From a virus: a DNA stretch of 64,000 bases. The first letter of the stretch is position 1. Each line of letters begins with the position of its first letter. Below are positions 20,061-29,191 of this stretch, one piece after another. Both the position numbers and the translations under genes were made by a program. Under the pieces are notes generated by a model. The model did not search any database. It saw only the letters and a program-made list of their open reading frames with translations, and was not told where the DNA came from. Location: IMG/VR virus record IMGVR_UViG_3300043449_001497, positions 8,744-72,743 of that record; one strand, 5' to 3'.

Positions 20061-20299
20061 GCCAGATTTCTGAAGATGCCGTCCGTCTCGCCCTCGCGAC
20101 CGTAAGGGAGCAGTTGGCAGCAGAGGTCACCGAGGCCATCGAGAAGGCCGTCCGCGAGGAGCGCAAAGCGACGGTGGCGTACTTGAGTGAGTGCGCGCAG
20201 GGCGGCGACACGTTCGGGCCGCGCGGTAGCGGCGACCACTTGCGGCTGCTCGCGACCAACATTCAGCGCGGCCAGCACCGCCGCGAGGAGGAAGAATGA
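20057..20299 (+). CDS. Small protein, GEHRREE family copy 3
   Basis: Ends ERKATVAYL...IQRGQHRREEEE. Confidence 0.7.
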   Translation: MSQISEDAVRLALATVREQLAAEVTEAIEKAVREERKATVAYLSECAQGGDTFGPRGSGDHLRLLATNIQRGQHRREEEE

Positions 20300-20589
20300 C
20301 CGTGAACGAAGGTTGTCCCATCTGCCAAGGCCGATGCTGCGAGTACGGCCTTGACGACTACCGGGGCGCACACCGGAGCGAAGCCTTCCACACCTGCCCC
20401 TACTGCACGAACGGGACGAAGCCGACCGTGTGGACTGCCGAACAAGAGCGCGCCGCCGTCGTGGCGTACCTGCGTGACTGTGCTCACAGGGATGCGTACC
20501 GAAACCACAACCGCAACCGCGCCGAAGCGTTGTGGGACGCTGCGAACATCGTAGAGAGCGGCGAGCACCGCCGCGAGGAGGAGAAGTGA
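20296..20589 (+). CDS. Zn-finger small protein, GEHRREE family copy 4
   Basis: CPICQG...CPYCTNG, then ERAAVVAYLR...GEHRREEEK. Confidence 0.7.
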   Translation: MTVNEGCPICQGRCCEYGLDDYRGAHRSEAFHTCPYCTNGTKPTVWTAEQERAAVVAYLRDCAHRDAYRNHNRNRAEALWDAANIVESGEHRREEEK

Positions 20590-20915
20590 GTGCGTATGGA
20601 TACTGCCCCCGTTGCGGGGGTCTTGGAATGAGCCGCGAACGTCGGCAAAACGGCAACGACCGTTGCGAGAACGGGCATGGCTACCCGTCCGTGTCTGCCG
20701 TCGCTAACCCCCTGCTGCCCGTGTCTGCCGACATCACCGCGCTCGTCGCGGAGGAGGAGCGTCTGCGCGAGGAAGGGGGCAGGGAGGAGCGCAAGGCGAC
20801 GGTGGCGTGGTTGCGCGACGCCGCAGATACGCCCGACAATCACGCACGGAGCCTCCTGCTTCGTATCGTTGATGGTCTTGAACGCGGCGAGCACCGCCGC
20901 GAGGAGGAGCGATGA
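20586..20915 (+). CDS. Zn-ribbon small protein, GEHRREE family copy 5
   Basis: YCPRCG...CENGH, then ERKATVAWLR...GEHRREEER. Confidence 0.7.
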   Translation: MSAYGYCPRCGGLGMSRERRQNGNDRCENGHGYPSVSAVANPLLPVSADITALVAEEERLREEGGREERKATVAWLRDAADTPDNHARSLLLRIVDGLERGEHRREEER

Positions 20916-21148
20916 ACGTGTGGGCGGCAACCTTCGCGCTGTTGGCGTGCGGGCTTGTGGCGTGGGTCTGGTGGACGGTCAAGCTCGACACGCAGCGCAT
21001 GATCGAGGACTTCCAGCGCATGTTTCCGGGACGCTGCGCGGTATGCGCGTTCCACCGCTGTGGCGTGATGGAGGGGCACGCGCGCGGCCCCGTTGAACCG
21101 CACAACTGCATCGAACGCGGAGACCACCACCGCGAGGAGGAGCCATGA
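20912..21148 (+). CDS. Membrane-anchored small protein, GEHRREE family copy 6
   Basis: N-terminal TM helix, CAVC, ends IERGDHHREEEP. Confidence 0.65.
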   Translation: MNVWAATFALLACGLVAWVWWTVKLDTQRMIEDFQRMFPGRCAVCAFHRCGVMEGHARGPVEPHNCIERGDHHREEEP

Positions 21149-21480
21149 CCGAGGAACAGATCGAGCTCGGGCGGCGCGCCGTGGCGTGCAAGGGCTGGAG
21201 GTGGATGGACGGTATGCTGACGGATGAGGGATGGCGTGTGCGTCCGTCGGATCTCCCGCTCGGATGCGTTGCGCTCCCCGACCTCACCGACCCCGCCACG
21301 CTGGGGTGCCTGCTCGCGCTGGTGCGTGAGGCGCACGGGCAGACGACGCTGTCTCCCGTGTCTCGCGGGCGGCGTCTATGGTGCCTCGCGGACTTCGGTA
21401 CGACGGCGTTGCAAGGGGAAACAGAAGCCGAACTGCTCGTCGCCGCGCTGGAGGCTGCGCCATGCACGACAACACCGTAA
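21145..21480 (+). CDS. Phage hypothetical protein
   Basis: WRWMDGM...PDLTDPATLGCLLALVREA motif recalled from phage proteins. Confidence 0.65.
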   Translation: MTEEQIELGRRAVACKGWRWMDGMLTDEGWRVRPSDLPLGCVALPDLTDPATLGCLLALVREAHGQTTLSPVSRGRRLWCLADFGTTALQGETEAELLVAALEAAPCTTTP

Positions 21481-21653
21481 GCGCGATCTTCTTCGGGTTC
21501 GTTGTCCTCTTCCTCATCGGCCTCGGCATCTGGGCGGGGTCGAGTTCGTACCACAAGGACACCTTCAAGTGTACGAACGCTTGCGCCGGGGCGCACAGCA
21601 TCGAGTTCAACAACGACTGCTACTGCCAGTTGGAGCCTCGTCATGAACCGTGA
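21462..21653 (+). CDS. Small membrane protein
   Basis: TM helix with a Cys-rich tail; RBS ggagg. Confidence 0.5.
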   Translation: MHDNTVSAIFFGFVVLFLIGLGIWAGSSSYHKDTFKCTNACAGAHSIEFNNDCYCQLEPRHEP

Positions 21654-22488
21654 AGAACTGCTGGCCAAGCACGGCCAGCCTGTCCAGGTGCTCGACCACG
21701 GTCACGTTCGCCTCGTCGACGTGATGGGCGACGACGAGCGCGTGGAACAGGTCGCTCGACTTTCCTACCAGCAGGGAACCCGCAAGGTGTCCGAAACCCG
21801 GAGCTTGCTGCGTTACCTCATCAGGCACCGCCACACGTCTCCGCTGGAACAGGCCGTCATCACGCTCGACATGAAGATGCCGATCTTCGTGGCGAGGCAG
21901 CTGGTGCGCCACAGGACGCAGAGCATCAACGAGCTGAGCGGTCGGTACTCCGAGATGCCGGAGGAGTTCTACGTCCCGGACGAGTTCTACTCGCAGTCGA
22001 CGACGAACAAGCAGGGCCGGGGCGAAGAGCTGGACCCACGCGTCTCGGTGTACTCGCGCCAGGACGCGCGCCAGTGTGCGGAGAACGCCTTCGACGCCTA
22101 CCGAGAGATGCGCGCACGCAACGTCGCCAGGGAGACGGCTCGCATGGTCCTGCCTCTCTCGACGTACACGCAGTGGTGCACGACGATGAACCTGCACAAC
22201 CTGCTCCACATGCTGGAGCTGCGCCTCGACCACCACGCCCAGTGGGAGTGCCGCATGTACGCGAATGCCATCGCGCTCATCGTGGCGGACTGGTGCCCCC
22301 TCATCTGGGAAGCGTTCATCGACTACCGCCTGGACGCGTGCACCTTCTCCCGTGAGGAGGTGAAGTACATCCGCGAGCGCATCGCGATGGACGGGCTGGA
22401 CCTGCCCAACGACGACGATCTGACCGCGAAGACGAACCTCTCCTACCGCGAACGCGGGGAGTTCCTACTCAAGCTGGGGGTAATATGA
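21643..22488 (+). CDS. thyX: FAD-dependent thymidylate synthase ThyX
   Basis: HTSPLE and PIFVARQLVRHRTQSINELSGRY (RHRx7SxR), plus HAQWE. Confidence 0.95.
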   Translation: MNREELLAKHGQPVQVLDHGHVRLVDVMGDDERVEQVARLSYQQGTRKVSETRSLLRYLIRHRHTSPLEQAVITLDMKMPIFVARQLVRHRTQSINELSGRYSEMPEEFYVPDEFYSQSTTNKQGRGEELDPRVSVYSRQDARQCAENAFDAYREMRARNVARETARMVLPLSTYTQWCTTMNLHNLLHMLELRLDHHAQWECRMYANAIALIVADWCPLIWEAFIDYRLDACTFSREEVKYIRERIAMDGLDLPNDDDLTAKTNLSYRERGEFLLKLGVI

Positions 22489-22631
22489 CGCCGAAGCCGT
22501 GGACGACGAAGGAGCTCGCCAAGCTCCATGAGATGAAGGCAGCTGGTGCCTCGCACGCCGAGGTCGCTGCCGCGCTGAACCGCACGCTGAAGTCGGTGAA
22601 GCACATGTACCTCAAGACGAAACCGGAATGA
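22485..22631 (+). CDS. Small Myb/HTH-like protein (48 aa)
   Basis: PWTTKELAKL...EVAAALNRTLKSV; ATGA-coupled at both ends. Confidence 0.6.
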   Translation: MTPKPWTTKELAKLHEMKAAGASHAEVAAALNRTLKSVKHMYLKTKPE

Positions 22632-23101
22632 AGACCAAGCACATCGAGGTCCGCATCGAGCAATGCATCGCCCTGGCCAAGCTGTCGCCGTGTCCGCGGC
22701 GGCAGTTCGGCGCCATGCTCATCGACCCGAAGACCAACTCCATCCTGGCAGACGGCTACAACGGCACGTCCAGGGGCAGCCCGCATCCCCTGTGCGGCGG
22801 GCAGACCTGCGAGCGGGAGGGCATCGTCTCGGGCACCCGGCTCGAGCTTGGCTGCCACCATGCCGAGAGCAACGCCCTGGCGAACGCCGCACGCCGCGGT
22901 GCCTCGACCGAGGGTGCGTGGCTCATCGTGTCGGGAGAGCCTTGTCTGATGTGCGCCAAGCAGCTATACCACGCTGGCATCGTCCGGGTATACTGCGTGA
23001 GAAACGGGTATGCCGGGGGCGGTGCAGGGCCAGACTTCTTGCTCTCGCAGAACGTCAGCCTCGTCTACATCAATGGACCCACAGACCCGAGACTCACATG
23101 A
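22628..23101 (+). CDS. dCMP deaminase
   Basis: GYNG, HAESNA and PCLMC zinc motifs. Confidence 0.9.
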   Translation: MKTKHIEVRIEQCIALAKLSPCPRRQFGAMLIDPKTNSILADGYNGTSRGSPHPLCGGQTCEREGIVSGTRLELGCHHAESNALANAARRGASTEGAWLIVSGEPCLMCAKQLYHAGIVRVYCVRNGYAGGGAGPDFLLSQNVSLVYINGPTDPRLT

Positions 23102-23541
23102 CCAGCCGCTGGTTCTTGGCGCACGCCAAGACGACTGAAGACGCCGACATCGATGCGTGGAAGGCGCAGCTCGAGGCCCGCATGGGCTACGACAGTGTCC
23201 CTGCCGAGGTGACCCCTGGGCGTGACGACTACAAGAAGCGCAGCCGTGCGCTCGGTGGTTGGCATGCCTGGTCCCGTGACGTGCCCGTCGCCGAGAACTG
23301 GGAGAGCGAGCCGCTCTTCCACGGCATCGTCGTGCCCGTCGGACACCTCGACGAGCCCAGCGTGGGCAGGGCAACCTCTGACCTCGTGACGGGGTTCCTG
23401 CGCCGGGGCAAGTACGCCTACGCCTGGGATGTTACGACGAGTGAGCTGGCCCGCATCGCTGACGTCCGCACCCTGGATAGCGACTCGTGGACCATGACGG
23501 CCACCCTTCTCCTGGAGCGCCAGCCTGTCCATGCCGCTTGA
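23098..23541 (+). CDS. Hypothetical protein
   Basis: ATGA overlap; codon bias. Confidence 0.6.
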   Translation: MTSRWFLAHAKTTEDADIDAWKAQLEARMGYDSVPAEVTPGRDDYKKRSRALGGWHAWSRDVPVAENWESEPLFHGIVVPVGHLDEPSVGRATSDLVTGFLRRGKYAYAWDVTTSELARIADVRTLDSDSWTMTATLLLERQPVHAA

Positions 23542-23812
23542 TATCGACGACCTTGAACGCTGCGCCGAGAAGGCTGGCGTGTGGCGTGCTGCCATCCTCT
23601 CCCTGGTGGCGGAGGTCCGTGACCTGCGGATGGTGAAGGACGAGCATCAGATGGACAACACGCACGCCTACGACGAAGGTGTGTGCGACGGCATCCTGAT
23701 GGAGCGGCGCGGGGTCGTGGCGTACCTTCGCCGGATGGAGGAGGGCTACTACGACATCCACATGACGGCAGGGTTCATCGAGAAGGGCGACCATCACGAG
23801 AGCTTGACGTGA
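23531..23812 (+). CDS. Small protein with a diverged GEHRREE-type tail
   Basis: ERRGVVAYLR...IEKGDH. Confidence 0.6.
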   Translation: MPLDIDDLERCAEKAGVWRAAILSLVAEVRDLRMVKDEHQMDNTHAYDEGVCDGILMERRGVVAYLRRMEEGYYDIHMTAGFIEKGDHHESLT

Positions 23813-24090
23813 GCCTCGAGGGCTACGACATCCTCGAGGTAGACCGCCACCGCTGGACCGTGGCGGGCTGGTGCACCTATGTCCGCATCCACCGGATGGA
23901 CATGGCGACGATGGGCTACCGCGAGCTCTGGACCGTGGTGCAGCAGCTCTACCCAGGCAAGTGGGCCATCCAGTCCTTCCCGCCTGCGGACGCGCTCATC
24001 GACCAGGCGAACAAGTACCACATGCTCGTCTTCGACCAGGAGCCTGACGGCTTCGACCTGTGGCCACCGAAGAAGCGACGCCACACTTGA
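23809..24090 (+). CDS. Phage hypothetical protein
   Basis: AIQSFPPADALIDQANKYH; GTGA overlap. Confidence 0.6.
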   Translation: MSLEGYDILEVDRHRWTVAGWCTYVRIHRMDMATMGYRELWTVVQQLYPGKWAIQSFPPADALIDQANKYHMLVFDQEPDGFDLWPPKKRRHT

Positions 24091-24142
24091 CACCGTGGTC
24101 ATGGTACACTACATGTGGAGGGCAACCCCACAGGAGTGCATC

Positions 24143-25924
24143 ATGGCAAAGAAGACCACGGCTCGTCCCTACGTCGAGCAGCTGACCACCAACCTCAAGT
24201 CCCCCGACGGCAAGTCCCGCACCGTCACCCTCGGCCCGAAGACGATCATCGTCGGCCCCAACGGCAGCGGCAAGAGCTCCGTCCAGCAGAGCCTCCAGCT
24301 CGCGCTGGTGGGTTCTGCCGACGACCTCTTCGGCCGCATGGGCGTGCGCGACAGTGGCCTGCTCATGAGCATGGTGAGCGACGACCGCCTCGCGGTGAAC
24401 GCCAAGCTCAACACGGGCAGCGACTACACCTTCCTCGCGAAGGAAGGTGGCCGCCCCGTGCACGACAGTGGTACGACCGCCAGCCTCCCCCTGCACCAGG
24501 TCCGTGAGGTCCTCGAGGGCAGCCCCGCCACCGCTCGCAAGGCGTTCCTTGGCTGGGCCGCATCCGACGTCACCGCGAACGACGTGGCTGACCAGGTGCC
24601 CGCCATCTACCGCGCCAAGTACCGCGACATCGCGGATGCGATGGGCCGTGGGAAGAACCCGGTCGACGCCCTGCTCACCGTCATCGAGTACGTCAGCAAG
24701 CGCCAGCGTGACGCGGCCAAGGAGGCCACGGGTGCCGAGACGCTGCTCACCAGCATGACCGATGACCTCGAGCCCTGCCCCACCGAGGAGCAGATGAAGG
24801 AAGCCGCGGCCCATGCGCTGAGGGCGGCAGCCGCCGCACAGTCCGCGAAGCGCCTCTCCGATGATCGGCAGTCCATGCTCGCGCAGGTCATGCACATCCA
24901 GGCGCTGCTCGCGAAGCCCGAGGTCTCCCCGGTCGACCCGACCGAGGTGGACTTCTACAAGGGCATGTCGTTCGCTGCGACGGTTGCCGTGGACCGCGGT
25001 CTCGAGTCGTGCCCCCTCTGCTCCAGCAACGTCGGAGCAGGGCACCTCGTCGCCTGCCGCAACTTCTACACCCAGGCGGCCAAGGAGCTCTCGACCCAGA
25101 GCGGCCCGGCCATCAACCGTCCGCTCCTGAAGCAGCAGCTCCAGGACATCAACACCCGGCTGGACCTCATCGGCCCCGTCGACCCTGACATGGTCGAGTG
25201 GACTGCGAAGAAGGCCGAGTCCGCGCAGGAGGAGAGCCTCCGGCTGCGCGTGCTGGCCGAGCGCTGGGGCAACCTCACCCGTGCGCGCGACACTGCGGCT
25301 GAGATGAGCCGCGAGAGCGAGACCTACAAGGGCATGAAGAAGGAACTCGAGATGGTCGTCGGCGGCCTGCTCAAGCGCGTGGCTGGCGGGTTCTGCGAGC
25401 GCGTCCAGGCGTACCTGCCCAAGGATTGGACCTTCAAGATGCAGCTCGAGGAGAACGGCAAGGAGGTCTTCCGCCTGGGTCTCATGCGCGACGGCAAGCT
25501 GCGCGCTGCTCTGTCCGGTGCCGAGTGGGCGACGGTGACCTGCGCCATCGCGATGGTCATCACCTCGACGCTCAAGCCCGAGCAGCCCGTGCTCGTCATG
25601 CCCGAGGACCGCGGCTGGGATGCCGTGACGCTGGGCAAGATCCTCAACTCCTGGTCGAGCTTCGACGGGCAGGTCGTCATCGGCACGACGACGAAGCCGA
25701 AGAAGGTCCCCGCTGGTTGGACGCTCATCGAGCTCTCGGTCAAGGCGGAGGTCGAGGTCGAAGCTGCACCTGTGGTCGAGGAGGCCGCGCCGTCTCCGCT
25801 CTCGACGACGCTGGTCACCATGCTGAAGACCCTCGGCTACCCGGAGGCGATGGTCCAGAACCTCACGGCTGAACAGGCCATTGACATCGTGCAGAACAAC
25901 CGCGTCTTCCTGGGGGGTGAGTGA
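24143..25924 (+). CDS. SbcC/Rad50-like ABC ATPase
   Basis: GPNGSGKS Walker A, coiled coils, CPLC zinc hook, LSGAE signature. Confidence 0.8.
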   Translation: MAKKTTARPYVEQLTTNLKSPDGKSRTVTLGPKTIIVGPNGSGKSSVQQSLQLALVGSADDLFGRMGVRDSGLLMSMVSDDRLAVNAKLNTGSDYTFLAKEGGRPVHDSGTTASLPLHQVREVLEGSPATARKAFLGWAASDVTANDVADQVPAIYRAKYRDIADAMGRGKNPVDALLTVIEYVSKRQRDAAKEATGAETLLTSMTDDLEPCPTEEQMKEAAAHALRAAAAAQSAKRLSDDRQSMLAQVMHIQALLAKPEVSPVDPTEVDFYKGMSFAATVAVDRGLESCPLCSSNVGAGHLVACRNFYTQAAKELSTQSGPAINRPLLKQQLQDINTRLDLIGPVDPDMVEWTAKKAESAQEESLRLRVLAERWGNLTRARDTAAEMSRESETYKGMKKELEMVVGGLLKRVAGGFCERVQAYLPKDWTFKMQLEENGKEVFRLGLMRDGKLRAALSGAEWATVTCAIAMVITSTLKPEQPVLVMPEDRGWDAVTLGKILNSWSSFDGQVVIGTTTKPKKVPAGWTLIELSVKAEVEVEAAPVVEEAAPSPLSTTLVTMLKTLGYPEAMVQNLTAEQAIDIVQNNRVFLGGE

Positions 25925-26208
25925 TGGAGCCGTTCGTCTGGACGGAGGAGGACTACCTCCGCAACGAAGCTGAGACTGAGAACTGCATCGACCTCATCGA
26001 GGCCGTGCTCAAGGACCGCACGTTGAGCGACTGGGTGAAGAGCAACGAGGCGGCTCGCTACTCCCCTGACATCGCGGCGGGTATCCAGGCAGTCATCATC
26101 GCGGGCGTCGAGGCCAACCTCCAGCAGGCGCTCCTTGCGCTCCGCAACCTCGCGGCTCTGGCCGAGGAGGCGCGGGTCGCAGCCAGCAATGGCATGGTGG
26201 ACAAGTGA
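25924..26208 (+). CDS. Hypothetical protein
   Basis: Coupled ORF. Confidence 0.55.
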   Translation: MEPFVWTEEDYLRNEAETENCIDLIEAVLKDRTLSDWVKSNEAARYSPDIAAGIQAVIIAGVEANLQQALLALRNLAALAEEARVAASNGMVDK

Positions 26209-27020
26209 GGAAGCCAGGTGAGCATGGTCCTGCCTGGACCAGGAAGCGGTTCGATGCCGTGTGGAAGCGCGTGCGGTCCGGCGTACCTGTGAAGGTCGTC
26301 GCGGGCGAGAACGGCTGCACGACGTCGAACATCTACAAGCGCCTGCGGAAGGTCGGCTACGACCTCGAGAAGGAGGCGAAGAAGGACAGTCGGCTCGAGC
26401 TCCAGGCGTCGCGCATCTACACCCTGCGGAAGCAGGGCAAGGAGTTCGGCGCCATCGCCAAGGCGCTGGGCATGGAGCCGTCGGACGCCACGACGCGCAA
26501 GCTCTACATGCGCCTGGTGAACTACTGCAAGCGGGCAGGCGTGCCGTACCCCTACGCTCCGAAGAAGCGGAAGGGTCCGTCGCGCCGCATCACCGCGGGC
26601 TGGCGTCCGTCAGACGCAGATGTGCTGAGAGCCATCTCGGTTCTCAAATCACACGCAGCCCTGGGACGCCCGACCAGTAACACGGACTTGGCGAGCGCGC
26701 TAGGTGTTTCTCTTCGAGTGGCGATGGGTATCGCGTCGGTGCTTCGCAAGCGTCGCATCGTTGGAGACGGACTCGTTCCATCCGTCGATGGAATAACTGC
26801 TGCACAAAACATGCAGTCGAGTTACTGTGCTGACCAGGTGCTCGCCCTCGTGGTGGATGCTTGGCTCACGGGCAGGTCGTGCGAGACGTTAGGTTCGCTC
26901 GACGGCTCAATGGCGCTGGACTTCTGCCGCTCTTCCATCAACGTCGCCATCATCGCCTTGCGTGAGAAGGGTCTCATCCTTCCTCGAGGCCACCTCTACC
27001 TTCGACCGGAGTTCGCATGA
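26205..27020 (+). CDS. Multi-HTH DNA-binding protein
   Basis: Several HTH-like segments (VKVVAGENGCTTSNIYK, FGAIAKALGM, NTDLASALGVS). Confidence 0.55.
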   Translation: MRKPGEHGPAWTRKRFDAVWKRVRSGVPVKVVAGENGCTTSNIYKRLRKVGYDLEKEAKKDSRLELQASRIYTLRKQGKEFGAIAKALGMEPSDATTRKLYMRLVNYCKRAGVPYPYAPKKRKGPSRRITAGWRPSDADVLRAISVLKSHAALGRPTSNTDLASALGVSLRVAMGIASVLRKRRIVGDGLVPSVDGITAAQNMQSSYCADQVLALVVDAWLTGRSCETLGSLDGSMALDFCRSSINVAIIALREKGLILPRGHLYLRPEFA

Positions 27021-29191
27021 CCGACCCCAACGACGACGGCGTCGACAGCTACAGTGAGGAGTTTCAGGCTGAGGACACCGTATCCACGGGCCTCGACCAT
27101 CTCCGCACGCTGGTGAACCAGCTGGCGTCTGCCGAGAAGACCAACCACCTTGCAGCCTGGGCAGCCATCCAGCGGCCTGAAGCCCTCTCCGCCATCGCGG
27201 ATGCGTGGGTGAAGGACGAGGCCCAGGTCTCTGCGCTGCTCGCTTCGGCGGAGACGATGCCGGGCCAGGTCGTGCGTACCCGTGCGCTCCGCTCTGCGCT
27301 CAAGCGTCTCGTCGCAGAGCGTCGTCGTGCTGCGCTGGACCGGGTCATCGGTGTGGCCCAGGACCCGTCGCTGCCCTCGCTGGGCATGTGCCTGGGTGTC
27401 GGTGCCCCTCCGGCTGAGCTCATCGACCCCAACCTGCTGGACCAGCTGCGGGTCCCCCGCGGCTACGCCATCGACCCGACCGGGGTGTTCAAGCTCTCGG
27501 TTACCCAGGATGGCAGCGCCAGCAGCACGCGCATCGCCACGGCTCCCATCTTCATCGTGGGCCGGACGCACGACGTGCTCACCGGGACGGCGAAGCGACA
27601 GGTCATGTGGCGCACGCCCGCCGGGTGGACGACGCGAGCCATCGACCGTGGCATCGTGATGAACAGTCAGAAGCTGGTCGGGCTCTCCGACCTCGAGGTC
27701 CCGGTCACCAGCAACACGGCGAGCACCCTCGTCGAGTGGCTCTCTGAGTTCGAGGCGGAGAACATGCACCGCTTCCGTGCGTCCCAGGCAGCCAGCCGGA
27801 TGGGCTGGATCAAGCAGGGCGCAGTGAAGGGGTTCCTCCTGCCTGACGGGTTCTACACTCTCTCCCAGGAGATGTCCGAGGAGAGCAGCGTGGAGCTCAT
27901 CCCGCCGACCGGGATGGAGAACGTGCTCGAGGGCTGGCGTCCTGGTGGGGAGTGGGAAGAGTGGTTGCGGGCGATGGAGATCATGCGCCCCTTCACCCCG
28001 ATGTGGATTGCCCTGTACGCCAGCGCGGCTGCCCCGCTGCTGGACATCCTGGGTACGCCCAGCTTCATCGTGGACTTCAACGGTGAGACGAGCAGCGGGA
28101 AGACGACTGCGCTGCGCGCCGGGGCTTCGGTGTGGGGTCGTCCCGGCGACAACCACCCGACGGCGATGTACTCCTGGGACACAACCAAGGTCTATGTCGA
28201 GCGCATCTGCGGGTTCCTCTGCAACCTCCCGGTCATCCTCGACGAGACGAAGCGGGCGAAGGACCAGAAGACCGTGCGCGATGTCATCTACGACTTCGCC
28301 AACGGACAGGGCAAGGGTCGCGGCTCTCCGGACGGGACGCGCGTCACGGCCAGCTGGCGCAGCGTCATGCTCACCTCAGGTGAGGCAGCAGCGACCAGCT
28401 TCAGCCAGGACGGAGGCACCCGTGCGCGTGTGCTCTCCATCACGGGCAAGCCGATGGGCAACGACCCGAAGGCTGGAGGTCCGACGGCCGAAGAGCTCAT
28501 CGCCCTGCTGACGGCGAACTACGGGCACCTCGGGCGCAAGATCATCCACTACCTTGCGAGCGTGGCGGACCAGCACGACCAGCTGCGGGACATCTGGAAG
28601 CAGACGAGGGAGCACTACGCGACCATCGCCCGCACCCCGGTGACCCGTCGTCACGCTGCCAACCTGGCAGCCTTGCACATCGCCGCGTCCATCATCCACG
28701 ACCTGGGCGTCCCTCTCCCGGAAGAGGACCCGATGGGCTACTGCATCGAAGCCATCGGCCGTCTCGAGGAAGAGCACGACCGTCCGCTCGCTGCGCTCAT
28801 CGAGACTGTGTCCTGGTGCAGCGCGAACCAGAACCGCTTCTGGGGTCGACACGAGGTCCGCACGGACATGAACTCGTCGAGGCCCGTCATCCCCGGCAAG
28901 GGTTGGGCTGGAGCGTGGGACCAGGACGAGGACTGGAAATACCTGGCCATCCTCCCCAACGTGCTCCGCGAGATCCTGGACCCCCAGGGCTTCCACGCTG
29001 ACGAGATCATCGACCGCTGGGCGGAGCGCGGCTGGCTCATCGTGAGCGAGCGGCGCAGCCACAACAAGACCGTGAAGAGCAAGACCACGTCGGCACGCAT
29101 CTACGGTGCACCGATGCGCGTGTACCTCATCAGTCGCTCCGCCGTCGACATCAACGTGGAGGCAGACGACCTCGAGGAAGACATCGAATGA
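27017..29191 (+). CDS. DUF927-type replicative helicase/ATPase
   Basis: RMGW, GETSSGKTT, LPVILDE, NGQGKGRG and NYGHLG. Confidence 0.8.
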   Translation: MTDPNDDGVDSYSEEFQAEDTVSTGLDHLRTLVNQLASAEKTNHLAAWAAIQRPEALSAIADAWVKDEAQVSALLASAETMPGQVVRTRALRSALKRLVAERRRAALDRVIGVAQDPSLPSLGMCLGVGAPPAELIDPNLLDQLRVPRGYAIDPTGVFKLSVTQDGSASSTRIATAPIFIVGRTHDVLTGTAKRQVMWRTPAGWTTRAIDRGIVMNSQKLVGLSDLEVPVTSNTASTLVEWLSEFEAENMHRFRASQAASRMGWIKQGAVKGFLLPDGFYTLSQEMSEESSVELIPPTGMENVLEGWRPGGEWEEWLRAMEIMRPFTPMWIALYASAAAPLLDILGTPSFIVDFNGETSSGKTTALRAGASVWGRPGDNHPTAMYSWDTTKVYVERICGFLCNLPVILDETKRAKDQKTVRDVIYDFANGQGKGRGSPDGTRVTASWRSVMLTSGEAAATSFSQDGGTRARVLSITGKPMGNDPKAGGPTAEELIALLTANYGHLGRKIIHYLASVADQHDQLRDIWKQTREHYATIARTPVTRRHAANLAALHIAASIIHDLGVPLPEEDPMGYCIEAIGRLEEEHDRPLAALIETVSWCSANQNRFWGRHEVRTDMNSSRPVIPGKGWAGAWDQDEDWKYLAILPNVLREILDPQGFHADEIIDRWAERGWLIVSERRSHNKTVKSKTTSARIYGAPMRVYLISRSAVDINVEADDLEEDIE

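Larger units (their letters stand above)
19819..21148 (+). repeat. Six copies of a 30-nt gene-junction repeat GGCGAGCACCGCCGCGAGGAGGAGnnRTGA
   Basis: Copies at about 19819, 20031, 20270, 20560, 20886 and 21119. Confidence 0.9.

Noticed and set aside
19810-21148. Junction repeats as a CRISPR array, given the Cas4-like gene
   Set aside because: Spacing is 210-330 bp, the repeats are in-frame coding, and no cas1/cas2 is present. Solo Cas4-like nucleases are common phage recombination genes.
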